Part shown: piece after piece, positions 9,478 to 19,041 of the stretch | Numbering within the stretch: position 1 is the first letter of the stretch | Layout of the letters: the number at the start of each line of letters is the position of its first letter | Source of the DNA: Candidatus Latescibacterota bacterium | GTDB taxonomy: Bacteria; Latescibacterota; UBA2968; UBA8231 | Length of the DNA: 64,000 bases | Direction: 5' to 3' | NCBI GenBank assembly: GCA_965217585.1 | Contig: OZ244561.1 | Coordinates: 3,616,001 to 3,680,000, forward strand | The notes under the pieces: generated by a model | Seen by the model: only the letters and a program-made list of their open reading frames with translations | Told to the model about the DNA's origin: nothing | Databases searched by the model: none | Made by a program: the position numbers and the translations under genes

Positions 9478-10836
9478 CTAAGCGCATTCAACGCACATTG
9501 CGTCGCACTGTCGTCTCAGCCGTGCGAGCTGATCGGAGAACTTGGGATCTTCTGCGAGATTGCAGGATTCGTGAGGATCTTTGCGCAGGTCGTACAGTTC
9601 CTCATAGACGGGCTGTTGCTCGTAGTAGCGAATGTATTTCCAGCGTTGCGTGCGCACGCCTTCGCTCTTGGGGATGTCGGCGCGGTCGAACCGATGCTCG
9701 CAGAAGAAGGCCTTGCGCCATTCGACTTCTTTTCTGCCTAACAGTGGGACCAGGGATTTTCCCTGCATTCCGTCCGCAGCACGCAGACCGGCCAATTCGA
9801 GGATGGTTGGCGAGACATCTATGTTAAGGGCCATTTCTTCGCGTACGACCTTGCCCTCGTCAACTCGCGGATCGAAGACGATCAGGGGAATGCGGATTGA
9901 CTGTTCGTTCAACTGCCAGCAGTCGCTAAGCCCGCGATCTCCGTAGTACATTCCATGATCCGATGCGAAGATCACGACCGTGTTGGCGGCTAACGATAGC
10001 TGATCCAACGCCGCGAGGATCCTGCCGATGTTGCGATCGACGCCGCTGACCATCCGGTACAGTCCGAGCATGTTCCGCTGATAGTCCCCAGGCGTCGCAT
10101 AGCGGGCCTGCCATCGCACGCGACTTTCCGTCTCGCGTAGGAATTTCGGCAGTCGCCTGAAGAAGTCGGGATGGGCGTTGAACGGCTCCGGTATCTTCGC
10201 ATCCGCGTAGAGCGGATCTTCAGCGGCAGGCCAGATGTAGTGGCGCGGATCGTTGTCCTGGGCGTGCGGCGCGTTGAAACTGACGGAGAGACAAAATGGC
10301 TGGCTGGGAGGGGTGCGTAGAAAGTCGATTGTTTTGTCGCCGGTAATGTCGGTCAGGTGGCGCACGCGGCCGTCCGGCTGGCTGATTTCATACCCGTCTG
10401 CGGTCCAATGTTCGTAGTTGTCGAACACGTCAAACATCTTGTCCAACGCGCCTTCGTCTGCGAGAGAAGGGTCGATTCCTTTTGCGGCAATGCCGAACTT
10501 GCCGATCAGCCCCGTGTGGTACCCGGACCTTTTGAGAACTGATGGGTAGGAGCTGTCGGTGAAGGCGCGTTGGAGGGGTGGTGTGAGGAAGGTGAAGCGG
10601 TGGCGGCTTTCATAGACGCCGGTGAGATAGCTCGCCCGGCTGGCGGCGCAGATTGGACTGGTGCAGAATGCGTTTGCGAAGCGGACGCCGCTTGCGGCAA
10701 GCCGGTCGATGTTCGGGGTTTGGATGATTGGATTGCCAGCGCAGCCGAGCAGGTCGTTGCGCTGGTTGTCGGTCAGGAGGAAGAGGATGTTGGGGACAGA
10801 GGCCATGATGGTTGCTCTGTCGAGAATTAAGGACAT
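9478..10836 (-). CDS. sulfatase (Cys-type)
   Basis: PNILFLLTDNQR, SPICAASRASYLTG, GK, PH, SDHG; start may be 10806. Confidence 0.93.
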   Translation of the reverse strand: MSLILDRATIMASVPNILFLLTDNQRNDLLGCAGNPIIQTPNIDRLAASGVRFANAFCTSPICAASRASYLTGVYESRHRFTFLTPPLQRAFTDSSYPSVLKRSGYHTGLIGKFGIAAKGIDPSLADEGALDKMFDVFDNYEHWTADGYEISQPDGRVRHLTDITGDKTIDFLRTPPSQPFCLSVSFNAPHAQDNDPRHYIWPAAEDPLYADAKIPEPFNAHPDFFRRLPKFLRETESRVRWQARYATPGDYQRNMLGLYRMVSGVDRNIGRILAALDQLSLAANTVVIFASDHGMYYGDRGLSDCWQLNEQSIRIPLIVFDPRVDEGKVVREEMALNIDVSPTILELAGLRAADGMQGKSLVPLLGRKEVEWRKAFFCEHRFDRADIPKSEGVRTQRWKYIRYYEQQPVYEELYDLRKDPHESCNLAEDPKFSDQLARLRRQCDAMCVECA

Positions 10837-10905
10837 CCCACTCGCATACGCGACCCTAAAGGACCGTATGCGAGTGGGACGCCTGCGATGGCGTCGGTTG
10901 AACGC

Positions 10906-12651
10906 TTACGTTGGGCGTTTGCGAAGCGGGCGCAGCATCAACACCTCGTAGGAGATCGACTCGGATACGCGCTCCATTTCCACTCCGAAGTGCGCGCGCA
11001 AGTAGTTGAGGGCCACGTCCCAGCCGTCGGAGAAGTCGATGTCGATATCTACCTGACGATCAAAGGGATTATCTGCTGCTGCGCCGTCCCATTGCATCTC
11101 AATTTCGTCGAGGTCTTCGTTATAGCCTTCGACTAGGTCGTTGAGCGCGGCGTTTTCGAGCATCCCTGGGATCGCAAACCCGAGGGGTTGCCCCGTAGAG
11201 TGGTAGCTTCTGCCAGTGGTCCGAAGATACCCTCTCTGCGGGTTAGTTGGAAATTCGGAACCGTCTTGGGTAAAAATCCAGCGCGTCCTAGTGTCTTGAC
11301 GCTTTTCCACCTCAGCGACAAAACCAAAGTGGTCGCCGAGGCGCTGGACGCGCTCGGTGGGGGTTAGGCGATGGCTATAAGCAATCCGCACGGAGTAGCG
11401 CTGATTAGCTAGTTTCTGCTCTGGGGTTTCTGCCGGCTTTTTTCCAAGAATTCGCATGATCTCCGATTTTAGGCTCGGGGCCGTCTGCACAATGCGAGGT
11501 TCCACCGGCATTTTCCCAATGACCCGCACAATCTCGGCCAGCGGGGTGCGGTGAAATTCGTGGCGCGTGATCCTGCCTGCTGTGGACGAAGCATGACCTT
11601 CGATGCCCTTGCTCGGGTCATCCGAAGGAGGATGAACGATGATATCCATGCCGTCCAGTGGCATATAAAACGGCCTGTTCCAAGGCACGAAGGGATCTGG
11701 GATTTGCGCGAACGGCAAGGCGGACCGTACCGAGTCGGTGAAGGACTGAACCGCATCGTCGGCGACCATGAAAAGCTCGTCTGCCAGCGGGGTGTCGTAG
11801 TCCAGATAATTCAATTCACTGACCAACTCCCAATCTTCTTGGCCCACATCGAGATAAACGCGGGAGTTGCTCGGCAACCGCGTCTGGGCATCTACCTCGA
11901 CTTCATATCGGATATCCGACGGGGTCTTAGTGCCTAGCGAGGAGCGCTGCCAAATCGAAAAAAGCACCGTCGCCCCTCGATCCTCGCGCTCAATCTGATA
12001 GCTCCAAGGCCTTAGTTGCTCGCGCTCAGGCAGAGCTAGTTGCTCGGCAACCTTATCTATGGACCACGCGCTTTTCGCGCCCCGGTCTTCCCCATACCAG
12101 ACGCCGTCCATGTAAACCCGCATTTTGGCATCGTTCACCACGGCCTCGCGCCGCGCCGCGCCGGTGCCGACTGCAGAGCGGAAAAGGTGCGGTGCCTTGA
12201 TCCACTGCTGCACTGGCACCTGCTCACCTTTTTCTCCTCGGAACCAGCCCTCTACGCGCACGGAGTTAAGCTTACGCACCTCAGCGACCACCTCTGCCCA
12301 CGCCGAAGTACTTCCCTGCCAGAGTACCCCGAATACCACCCCGGCCAGCACGGCGGCCAGTCCCGACAGGTACATCGGCCGCTGCAGCCGCTGCCAGAAT
12401 CCCGTGCGCTGACGCTTGTCCGCTGCTTGGATCGCCTTTAATGCGTTGGTACGAGCTGCCGCAAAAAGCGCGTCCGGTGGCTCGGCGGTGCCGATGTCAG
12501 CACTCAGCTCCAGCACGGTACGCACCGCCTCCAAGTCGTCAGCCGCTTCAGGGTGCTCGGTCAGATAGGTCTCGATCTGTCGCACTTCTGCAGCCGATAG
12601 CTCGCCTCGCACGTAGTCGCTCAGTTTGCTCTCAAATTCGGCCCTGTTCAT
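10906..12651 (-). CDS. transmembrane anti-sigma factor with large periplasmic domain
   Basis: N-terminal LSDYVRGELS..E.R.IE..L (zf-HC2-like), one TM helix, AWAEVV then LolA-like region; directly after the ECF sigma. Confidence 0.8.
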   Translation of the reverse strand: MNRAEFESKLSDYVRGELSAAEVRQIETYLTEHPEAADDLEAVRTVLELSADIGTAEPPDALFAAARTNALKAIQAADKRQRTGFWQRLQRPMYLSGLAAVLAGVVFGVLWQGSTSAWAEVVAEVRKLNSVRVEGWFRGEKGEQVPVQQWIKAPHLFRSAVGTGAARREAVVNDAKMRVYMDGVWYGEDRGAKSAWSIDKVAEQLALPEREQLRPWSYQIEREDRGATVLFSIWQRSSLGTKTPSDIRYEVEVDAQTRLPSNSRVYLDVGQEDWELVSELNYLDYDTPLADELFMVADDAVQSFTDSVRSALPFAQIPDPFVPWNRPFYMPLDGMDIIVHPPSDDPSKGIEGHASSTAGRITRHEFHRTPLAEIVRVIGKMPVEPRIVQTAPSLKSEIMRILGKKPAETPEQKLANQRYSVRIAYSHRLTPTERVQRLGDHFGFVAEVEKRQDTRTRWIFTQDGSEFPTNPQRGYLRTTGRSYHSTGQPLGFAIPGMLENAALNDLVEGYNEDLDEIEMQWDGAAADNPFDRQVDIDIDFSDGWDVALNYLRAHFGVEMERVSESISYEVLMLRPLRKRPT

Positions 12652-12656
12652 GGCGT

Positions 12657-13157
12657 TTAGTCCTTGCAGCTAGCACCCAAGTGGGCGCGGATTTTTTTAA
12701 GTGCTTTGTACTCGCTAGCTCTGGCCGACTCCTCGCTGCATCCCAATCGTGCGGCGATCTCGGCAAAGGGCCAGCCTTCGAAGTTGCGCAGGGCGAAGAC
12801 GGTGCGCTGGCGCTCGGGCAATTCAGCGGCCAAGTCGCGCACTCGGTTCATGAGCAAGCGGTGCTCAGCGTCTTTGTCGGCATCGGCTTCCACCGCGGTG
12901 TTTTCCTCTTCGTAGAGCAGTGCCCGATGTTGATAGCGCCGGATTTTGAAGGCCGCGTTGGTTGCCACCCGGCAAAGCCATGCCTTGGGGTAGGCAATGA
13001 TCTCACCGCGCATACAGGCCGTGTGGAAGCGCAGGAAGGTTTCCTGAAAGACCTCCTGCGCTTCGTCGGCATTGGCGACGATCGTATAGGCCACCTTGAG
13101 CACTAGGCGTCCGTAGTGCTCCACGGCTTCGGCGCTTATGTCGGCTGATCGGCGCAA
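12657..13157 (-). CDS. ECF RNA polymerase sigma factor
   Basis: AQEVFQETFLR, KAWLCRVATN, LPERQRTVFALR..EG..F.EIA..LG; start re-called at TTG 13157. Confidence 0.9.
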   Translation of the reverse strand: MRRSADISAEAVEHYGRLVLKVAYTIVANADEAQEVFQETFLRFHTACMRGEIIAYPKAWLCRVATNAAFKIRRYQHRALLYEEENTAVEADADKDAEHRLLMNRVRDLAAELPERQRTVFALRNFEGWPFAEIAARLGCSEESARASEYKALKKIRAHLGASCKD

Positions 13158-13159
13158 AA

Positions 13160-14278
13160 TTAGTTGGCGGCTAAGAGGGCTTCGATCTGCTCTGCACTCG
13201 GCACGCTGCCCAAAAGACCTGTCTCGGCGAGTCGGCCATCGCGGCCGATCAGCACGTATTGGGGAATGCCTTCGACGCCAAAGCGGCGATACGTCTCGCC
13301 CGTATCTAGCACAATCGGCATGGTGTAGCCGTGTTCGGCGACGAAATCGTCCATGTCTTGGGATTGGTGCGCCGAGTGAAGCGCAACGACTATAAATCCT
13401 TGCTCGGCGTACTGATCGTACAGAGCCTGCACGGTGGGCATCTCGGCTACGCAGGGCGTACACCACGTCGCCCAGAAGTCAATGAGAATCACCGGGGTTT
13501 GATTTAGAGCTTTTAGCTGCTCAGTAGGCATCGGATTGACCCAGCGTTCCGCATCTAAATTGGGGGGCATGGAGCCTTGTTCGAGCTTGCTGCGGTTGAG
13601 CACTCTTTCGGCCTCCTCCATGCCGACGTAGCGCGCCTGGAGAAATTCCCCGTCGTCGCTTAGTTCTGCCTTGTCGTAGGAGTAGTCGATCATGCCCATC
13701 CCTGCGGTGCCTACGGTGCGCAATCGCGCGTGCTCTCCCTCCTGTAGTGTGGGAGTCATGCGCAACACGGCGTTGGGGGCGATCTCAAGGTGCCTCTCTT
13801 CCCCCTCCCTGACTACACGCGCTGGCCCCAATAACACCCACTGGTGGTCATCCAGATTCTTAACGGCAATGCCCAGATCATTTCCCGTGCCCCAGCCGCT
13901 ACTTTGTGCGTCGGCCAAGAAGGTCGTGTCGATTCCGGCAAACTCGCCCACCGCCAGCTTCTGGCGGACGCAATTGAGTCGCTGGTTGGCGATGTCGCGC
14001 ACGAAGTAGCGGCCATTGGGATGGCGCACTTCGGCGGTTGAGCCGCCTTGTATGGTGGGCACTGCTCCCTTCTCCACTTGGCCCAGCACTACGTGCCAGA
14101 CCAGATCGTCGGTGCCGTCCACTCGCCGGGCGTGCAGCCAACCATCTTCAATCCACGCTTCAATGCGCCCGTGGTCAAGGTCGCGCTGCTCGCTCCAAGA
14201 AGTCTCGGTGGCGGCGCTCGCCCGCAGGCTGAGCAGCAGGGCCACTGCTGCCGTGGCAATAATCGTTCGATTCAACAT
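13160..14278 (-). CDS. secreted TlpA-like thiol-disulfide oxidoreductase
   Basis: Signal peptide; C-terminal DFWATWCTPC and GIP. Confidence 0.88.
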   Translation of the reverse strand: MLNRTIIATAAVALLLSLRASAATETSWSEQRDLDHGRIEAWIEDGWLHARRVDGTDDLVWHVVLGQVEKGAVPTIQGGSTAEVRHPNGRYFVRDIANQRLNCVRQKLAVGEFAGIDTTFLADAQSSGWGTGNDLGIAVKNLDDHQWVLLGPARVVREGEERHLEIAPNAVLRMTPTLQEGEHARLRTVGTAGMGMIDYSYDKAELSDDGEFLQARYVGMEEAERVLNRSKLEQGSMPPNLDAERWVNPMPTEQLKALNQTPVILIDFWATWCTPCVAEMPTVQALYDQYAEQGFIVVALHSAHQSQDMDDFVAEHGYTMPIVLDTGETYRRFGVEGIPQYVLIGRDGRLAETGLLGSVPSAEQIEALLAAN

Positions 14279-14342
14279 GATCCACGCTCCTATTTAGCAT
14301 GTAGGTCGTATGCGTCTGCGCTTGGCCGGTAGCGCGTTTGCC

Positions 14343-14375
14343 CTATATGACCCACAAAGCGCGACTATGTGAACC
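14343..14375 (-). promoter_or_regulatory. putative ECF-type promoter for the tlpA-sigma-antisigma operon
   Basis: Minus strand GTTCACA-N16-GGTCATA resembles ECF -35/-10 pairs. Confidence 0.3.
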
Positions 14376-14383
14376 GCAAAAAT

Positions 14384-14411
14384 AAAAAAACCGCCTAGTC
14401 GCCCAGGCGGT
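14384..14411 (-). terminator. intrinsic terminator ending the surface-protein locus
   Basis: ACCGCCT-N8-AGGCGGT hairpin followed by a T-run on the minus strand, ~30 bp after the stop at 14441. Confidence 0.75.
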
Positions 14412-14440
14412 AGCGCAAATAACCTTTACGGCATGTCCCC

Positions 14441-17089
14441 CTACCGCTCGACCCCCGCGTAAATCGTGATAAAGCTCCGCGTCGTCAATTCGCTCCGCCG
14501 ACCCTCGAAGCTGGTTCGCGTCAGCTCGAAGCCGAGGGTCGTAGTCAACAGGTACCCTATGTAGTCCGAGGTATTGGTCAGTTGTGCCGTGGTAGTCAGC
14601 CCGCGGAAGCTATCCTCCGCGCCCGGTGGCGTGGGATTTTGCAACTGCGAGAAGATCTCGTATTCCACGCCGGCCTCGACGGTGCTCCTGCGCATCAGCG
14701 GGAAGCGGAGTATCAGCATCAGCAGTTCGTCGAGCTCTAGGCGCGTCGGCATCCCGGCAAGCACTGGCCGGCGGCGCGAGAATTCGCTCTTCCAACGCGG
14801 CATCAAGGTCCACCCTCCTGCGCTCAAGCGGTATTCCGCCTTGTTGATCACGCCCAAAAACGAGGCTGTCTGGCGCAAACCCCTCAACTCCAAGTCGATC
14901 CGGCCATCCAATTGGCGGTGGAACTGCCACTTGGCCTTGTGCTCCAGACGCAATCCCGCAAAAGGCCGCTGCTCCCAGCCGAACCACGACGTGCCGAGGA
15001 CGGTATTGCGCGCTGCGAGGGGATCCTCCACCCCGTATAGCGCCCCCCGCGTATTGGGCTGCTGCCTCCACTGGAGGAGGGGGTCGGCGATATTGTCCCG
15101 CACTTTGCGCAGATCCTCGAAGAGCCGCACCCGACCCCAGCGGTTGAAGTCGCGGTCGAACGTCAACACCCCGTAGAGGGCTTGGTTGTGCTCCGCAGCC
15201 GCCAGTCGGCGCATATCCATCCTCCCCAGCATCAGCCGCACGCCCGGCAACAGATGGGCACCGCCGAAGGCGTTGTAGCCCTCCCGGTCGCGGCGATAGG
15301 GCAGGTCGGCCTCCTCGTCGTTTTCAAAGCGATCAATGGTGCCGTTGTGGTTCATGTCCATCCCGTAGAGGAATTCGGGCCGGTCTGAGTAGTAGCGCAG
15401 GAAGGGCTCCTCGTAGTCGGGGATCAGGTTTGGGCTGTCCTCGTTGTCATTTTGGTTGAAATCGGAAATAAAGTCGTTGTTCTCGTCCCACCCGGGAAAG
15501 ATCTCGCGGTCGCCCGGTGCCCATCCCTTGCGCCGCCAGTCGGGACGGCGGTCCTGATCGTCGTTGTCTGCGACGAACTCGTAGCGCTCGAAGTGGTTGC
15601 CGTAGTCGAGCCTGCCCTCCTTGCCGGCGGTCACCATCGAGGTCTGGTAGGTCGGGTCAATGCTGAACGCCTCGAGCAAAAAGAAGTACGGGTAGGGCGT
15701 GCTGGAAAGGTTGGCGAACCAGGCTAGGGCCTCGTCGCCGGTGGTGTGGTGCCGTTTGCGGTTGGGGTTGGGGAATTGCCGGTAGCGGTTGTTGACGGCA
15801 ATCTCCGCATATCCGGCGAACCCGGCTAGGTCGGTCAACTCGAAGGTAAACCCGGCGATCTGGTTGGCCGTCGGCAGCCCGTAGTTGAAGAACAACACGC
15901 GCTGGTTGGAGCCGTCTTGGACGTTGCCCCGGGCCTGGGCCACCGGCAGGAAGACGATCGCGTCGTCGGCGTTGACTTGGTTGTCGGAGGCGACCTCAAT
16001 CAGATAGTCGTTGGCCACCACCAGTTCCACCGCGATGCGGGTGATCTCGGTCGGGTCAACGCCGATATAGCCGGCATCGGCTAGGTCGTAGCGCACCAAG
16101 ATCTCCTCCAACCCGTCCGCCGCCAAAAAACCTTGGCGCTGGAGGCCGCCCTCGATGAGTGGCCGGAAGCCGATCTCGCTGGCGCGCGTCTCGTTCCCCT
16201 CTAAATCGTACACCAGCAGGTCGCTGGCGAAAAGCGCTCCCCCTCCTTTGCCGTCCTCGGGGGAATCGTCGCGGATGCGGATCTCGATCATCGTCACGGG
16301 CGTGAAATTCAGCGCCTCGGTTAGCTGCCCTTTGAAGATATCGCCGTTGACTGCCTGCCGCTGGGTCTGCGAGTGATGCGCGTTGACCAGCGTGCCCCCG
16401 ACCTTGACGAAGTCTCCTACTTGGATCTCTAGTCTGCCGCCAAACAAGTTGGTATTGTTGGTGCGCTGCGAGGCCTGCGTGCCTCGGGCGGTGAAGATCG
16501 AGTTGGGTTCCGAAATCCGCGACATCAACAGCGTCGCCTGATACTTGTCGGCGGCGTAGTCGATCTGCAGGCCGTTGAAGACCGGATTGGAGAAGGTCAT
16601 GGGCGTCAGGGTGGTGCGGATGTAGTTGCCGACGGTGATGGCGTAGTGGTGCTCCCCTTTGTGGTCGGAGGCGATCACTAGGTTGCTGAACCAATTGCGG
16701 AACTGCTGGGTCTTGTGCACCGCGCTGCCGAAGGGTTGGGGATTTTCCTGCCGCCAGTCGTAGATCAACCACCCCCGGGTCAGGAAATTTCCATAGACGT
16801 CGTAGAAGTAATCGCCCTCCAGCGCGGTGAAGACGTAGCGCTGGTAGTTTTCGCGTGCGTAGTTGGAGTATTCCCACTGTTTCCAACGGTATTCGGCGTA
16901 GAGTTCCTGCGGCACGTACCACTTGCGGATGGCGGGATCGAGCGCGTCGAAAATCACGCCGGGGCCTCGGGGCTCGTAGGTGACTCGGCCGCCGCGCTGG
17001 ATGGTGCCCAAGCGGGCGCCGTAGTCCTGGGCTTGGGCGGCGTCAACCAGAAGCGCGGCAAGCAGGGACATCAGTGCGCTGTATTTCAT
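14441..17089 (-). CDS. large secreted protein, putative outer-membrane beta-barrel with Ca-binding Asp-rich repeats (paralog 1)
   Basis: Signal peptide from MKYSAL; DNDDQD..PD, DENNDFISD, DMNHNGTID loops; amphipathic strands toward the C-terminus; clear paralog of 19038-21707. Confidence 0.65.
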   Translation of the reverse strand: MKYSALMSLLAALLVDAAQAQDYGARLGTIQRGGRVTYEPRGPGVIFDALDPAIRKWYVPQELYAEYRWKQWEYSNYARENYQRYVFTALEGDYFYDVYGNFLTRGWLIYDWRQENPQPFGSAVHKTQQFRNWFSNLVIASDHKGEHHYAITVGNYIRTTLTPMTFSNPVFNGLQIDYAADKYQATLLMSRISEPNSIFTARGTQASQRTNNTNLFGGRLEIQVGDFVKVGGTLVNAHHSQTQRQAVNGDIFKGQLTEALNFTPVTMIEIRIRDDSPEDGKGGGALFASDLLVYDLEGNETRASEIGFRPLIEGGLQRQGFLAADGLEEILVRYDLADAGYIGVDPTEITRIAVELVVANDYLIEVASDNQVNADDAIVFLPVAQARGNVQDGSNQRVLFFNYGLPTANQIAGFTFELTDLAGFAGYAEIAVNNRYRQFPNPNRKRHHTTGDEALAWFANLSSTPYPYFFLLEAFSIDPTYQTSMVTAGKEGRLDYGNHFERYEFVADNDDQDRRPDWRRKGWAPGDREIFPGWDENNDFISDFNQNDNEDSPNLIPDYEEPFLRYYSDRPEFLYGMDMNHNGTIDRFENDEEADLPYRRDREGYNAFGGAHLLPGVRLMLGRMDMRRLAAAEHNQALYGVLTFDRDFNRWGRVRLFEDLRKVRDNIADPLLQWRQQPNTRGALYGVEDPLAARNTVLGTSWFGWEQRPFAGLRLEHKAKWQFHRQLDGRIDLELRGLRQTASFLGVINKAEYRLSAGGWTLMPRWKSEFSRRRPVLAGMPTRLELDELLMLILRFPLMRRSTVEAGVEYEIFSQLQNPTPPGAEDSFRGLTTTAQLTNTSDYIGYLLTTTLGFELTRTSFEGRRSELTTRSFITIYAGVER

Positions 17090-17130
17090 CAATTGCACTG
17101 TCACTTTCGTTTTTAATGGTAGAACGAGCA

Positions 17131-19041
17131 TTAATACGCCACCCCCAGCGTCCCCAGATGTCGCTCCTCAAACGCGTCTGCCTGCACCCGCAATACCCAC
17201 ACATAGGTTCCCGGTGCCAGCAACTTCCCATCCGCGGTCCTTCCGTCCCAACCGTAACGCGTCGGCCCGATCCCCCGCTTCCCCACAAACGCCCTGTGCA
17301 TCCGCCGCCCTGCCAAGTCGAACACGTCCAGCGCCACCGGTGCCGGCTCGACGATCTGCAACAGGTTGAAAAACATCTCAAACTGGTCGTTGACCCCGTC
17401 CCCATTGGGCGTGAACACCCGCGCGTTGGTCGCGATCTCGCCGACTAGTTTGCCGATCTGCGGTTTGGGGATTTCTACTGCCAGCCCCGCAAGCTCGTCC
17501 TGGTCCGCTGGCCCGAAATCCACGACCTGCCCCGGCGCGACGATCTGCGGTACCGTCGGAAATCGGCTGTTGTAAGCGCGACTGGAGAACGTGGTGCCGA
17601 AGCGGAAGATCGGCAGGTCATAGGTGAATTCCAGCACGGCCCCGTCTCTGCGCACCAATGCAAAACTCAGCCGAAAGCCCTCTTGGTGCGCGTATTCTAC
17701 TGCGAAATCCACCGCCTGCCCGTCTATGCGCACATTGCGGATATTCTCCACCGGCGCGTTGGAGTCCACGGCCAATGCGTCGTAGCCGCGCACCGCCCCG
17801 TTAGCCCTCAGCAACACTGCGTAATGGAACGTCGCCGGCTTTTCCGCTTCGGCCAGCCGCGGAAAGACCTCGGCCCGGAGGGTGTCGGCGATCGGCGGGT
17901 GGAGGTAGTCGAATTCGAGCCGGTCGACGAGGCGCGTATCAAAGAGCCGGCCTGCAAAGGCAAACTGCAACTGGATAAAGCGCCGCGGCCCCGGTGCTGT
18001 TACTAGGCCGCCGTTCAACACGCGCTGCCACGGGCTCCAGTTTTCTTCGTCCTCCTGCGGCGGCAAGCGCTTGGGGCGGTCCAGCGACCAGTATTCGGCG
18101 GCGCTCACCTCGACGTCTGTCAGCAGTGAGAACGGATCTTCAGCCTCGACTCGCTGCCGATAGATGATCGGCGTATCGTCTAGCCCGGTGCGCACTCGCG
18201 CCGTCAGACGGGAAAAGGGCGCTTCGCCAACTACCTCCTCCACCCAGCGCACCTCGCCGACGGTGGCGGGAGTCCCTAGGTCGAGCAGGTCCGTCTGGTA
18301 GGTCGCCCGGTTCATGTAGCCCGTGCCATAGACCTCGATCTCGTCGATCTCGAAGGGCACCTCCGACAGCGAACGCAACTTTACCAGCCGCACGTACTGG
18401 GGCTTGACCGCCACATCGATCACTGGGTCCTCGTTTTCCAACTCGCGGATCACCAAAATGTCCGGCGAACCGCTGACGCGGTTGGTCTGTCGCGGGTTGA
18501 CCCACAGTTCGTAGGCGCGCAGGAAGTCGTCTTGGTAGGGCTGGCGCGGCGTGGCTGCCACGGTGTTGCGCGGATAGAAGCGCACCCGCTGCACGCCCAC
18601 CTGTGGGACAAAGTCGAGGATGATCCAGATCCCGTAGGCCGGAACCAGTGGGTTGAAGGGGGTGGGTTTGCGCTCGAAGGCGATGGCGTGGTCGCCGTTG
18701 ACGATGCCGCGGAGCTGGGCCTTCCGCAAATCGGTGTACTTAGTTATTGCATTGGGTGCCCTAACCGAGCCTTGGCCTTCGAGCACTAGGGAGGCGATAT
18801 TCTCCTCGCCGTCGAAAAAGCGCGGGCTGATCGACTCCGGCCAATGAACGAAATCGACCGCGCCCACCAGCACGTTGCTCGTATCCACTTGCGGCCGGTA
18901 CCGAGGGCCGAACAAGAATTCGGGATCGATGCCGTCGCCGCCGCCTTCCCAGTCGTGCTCAACCCCGCCGAGCACGAAGGTGCGCACTTGGCCGTCGGCA
19001 TTTATTGCCAGCAATAATAGCGCCGCGAAAGCCCAGTTCAT
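17131..19041 (-). CDS. secreted discoidin-like protein with FTPNGDG/FlgD-type C-terminal domain
   Basis: IILDF..V..VRFYPR, EIEVYG, VFTPNGDGVND, WDG, PGTY. Confidence 0.75.
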   Translation of the reverse strand: MNWAFAALLLLAINADGQVRTFVLGGVEHDWEGGGDGIDPEFLFGPRYRPQVDTSNVLVGAVDFVHWPESISPRFFDGEENIASLVLEGQGSVRAPNAITKYTDLRKAQLRGIVNGDHAIAFERKPTPFNPLVPAYGIWIILDFVPQVGVQRVRFYPRNTVAATPRQPYQDDFLRAYELWVNPRQTNRVSGSPDILVIRELENEDPVIDVAVKPQYVRLVKLRSLSEVPFEIDEIEVYGTGYMNRATYQTDLLDLGTPATVGEVRWVEEVVGEAPFSRLTARVRTGLDDTPIIYRQRVEAEDPFSLLTDVEVSAAEYWSLDRPKRLPPQEDEENWSPWQRVLNGGLVTAPGPRRFIQLQFAFAGRLFDTRLVDRLEFDYLHPPIADTLRAEVFPRLAEAEKPATFHYAVLLRANGAVRGYDALAVDSNAPVENIRNVRIDGQAVDFAVEYAHQEGFRLSFALVRRDGAVLEFTYDLPIFRFGTTFSSRAYNSRFPTVPQIVAPGQVVDFGPADQDELAGLAVEIPKPQIGKLVGEIATNARVFTPNGDGVNDQFEMFFNLLQIVEPAPVALDVFDLAGRRMHRAFVGKRGIGPTRYGWDGRTADGKLLAPGTYVWVLRVQADAFEERHLGTLGVAY

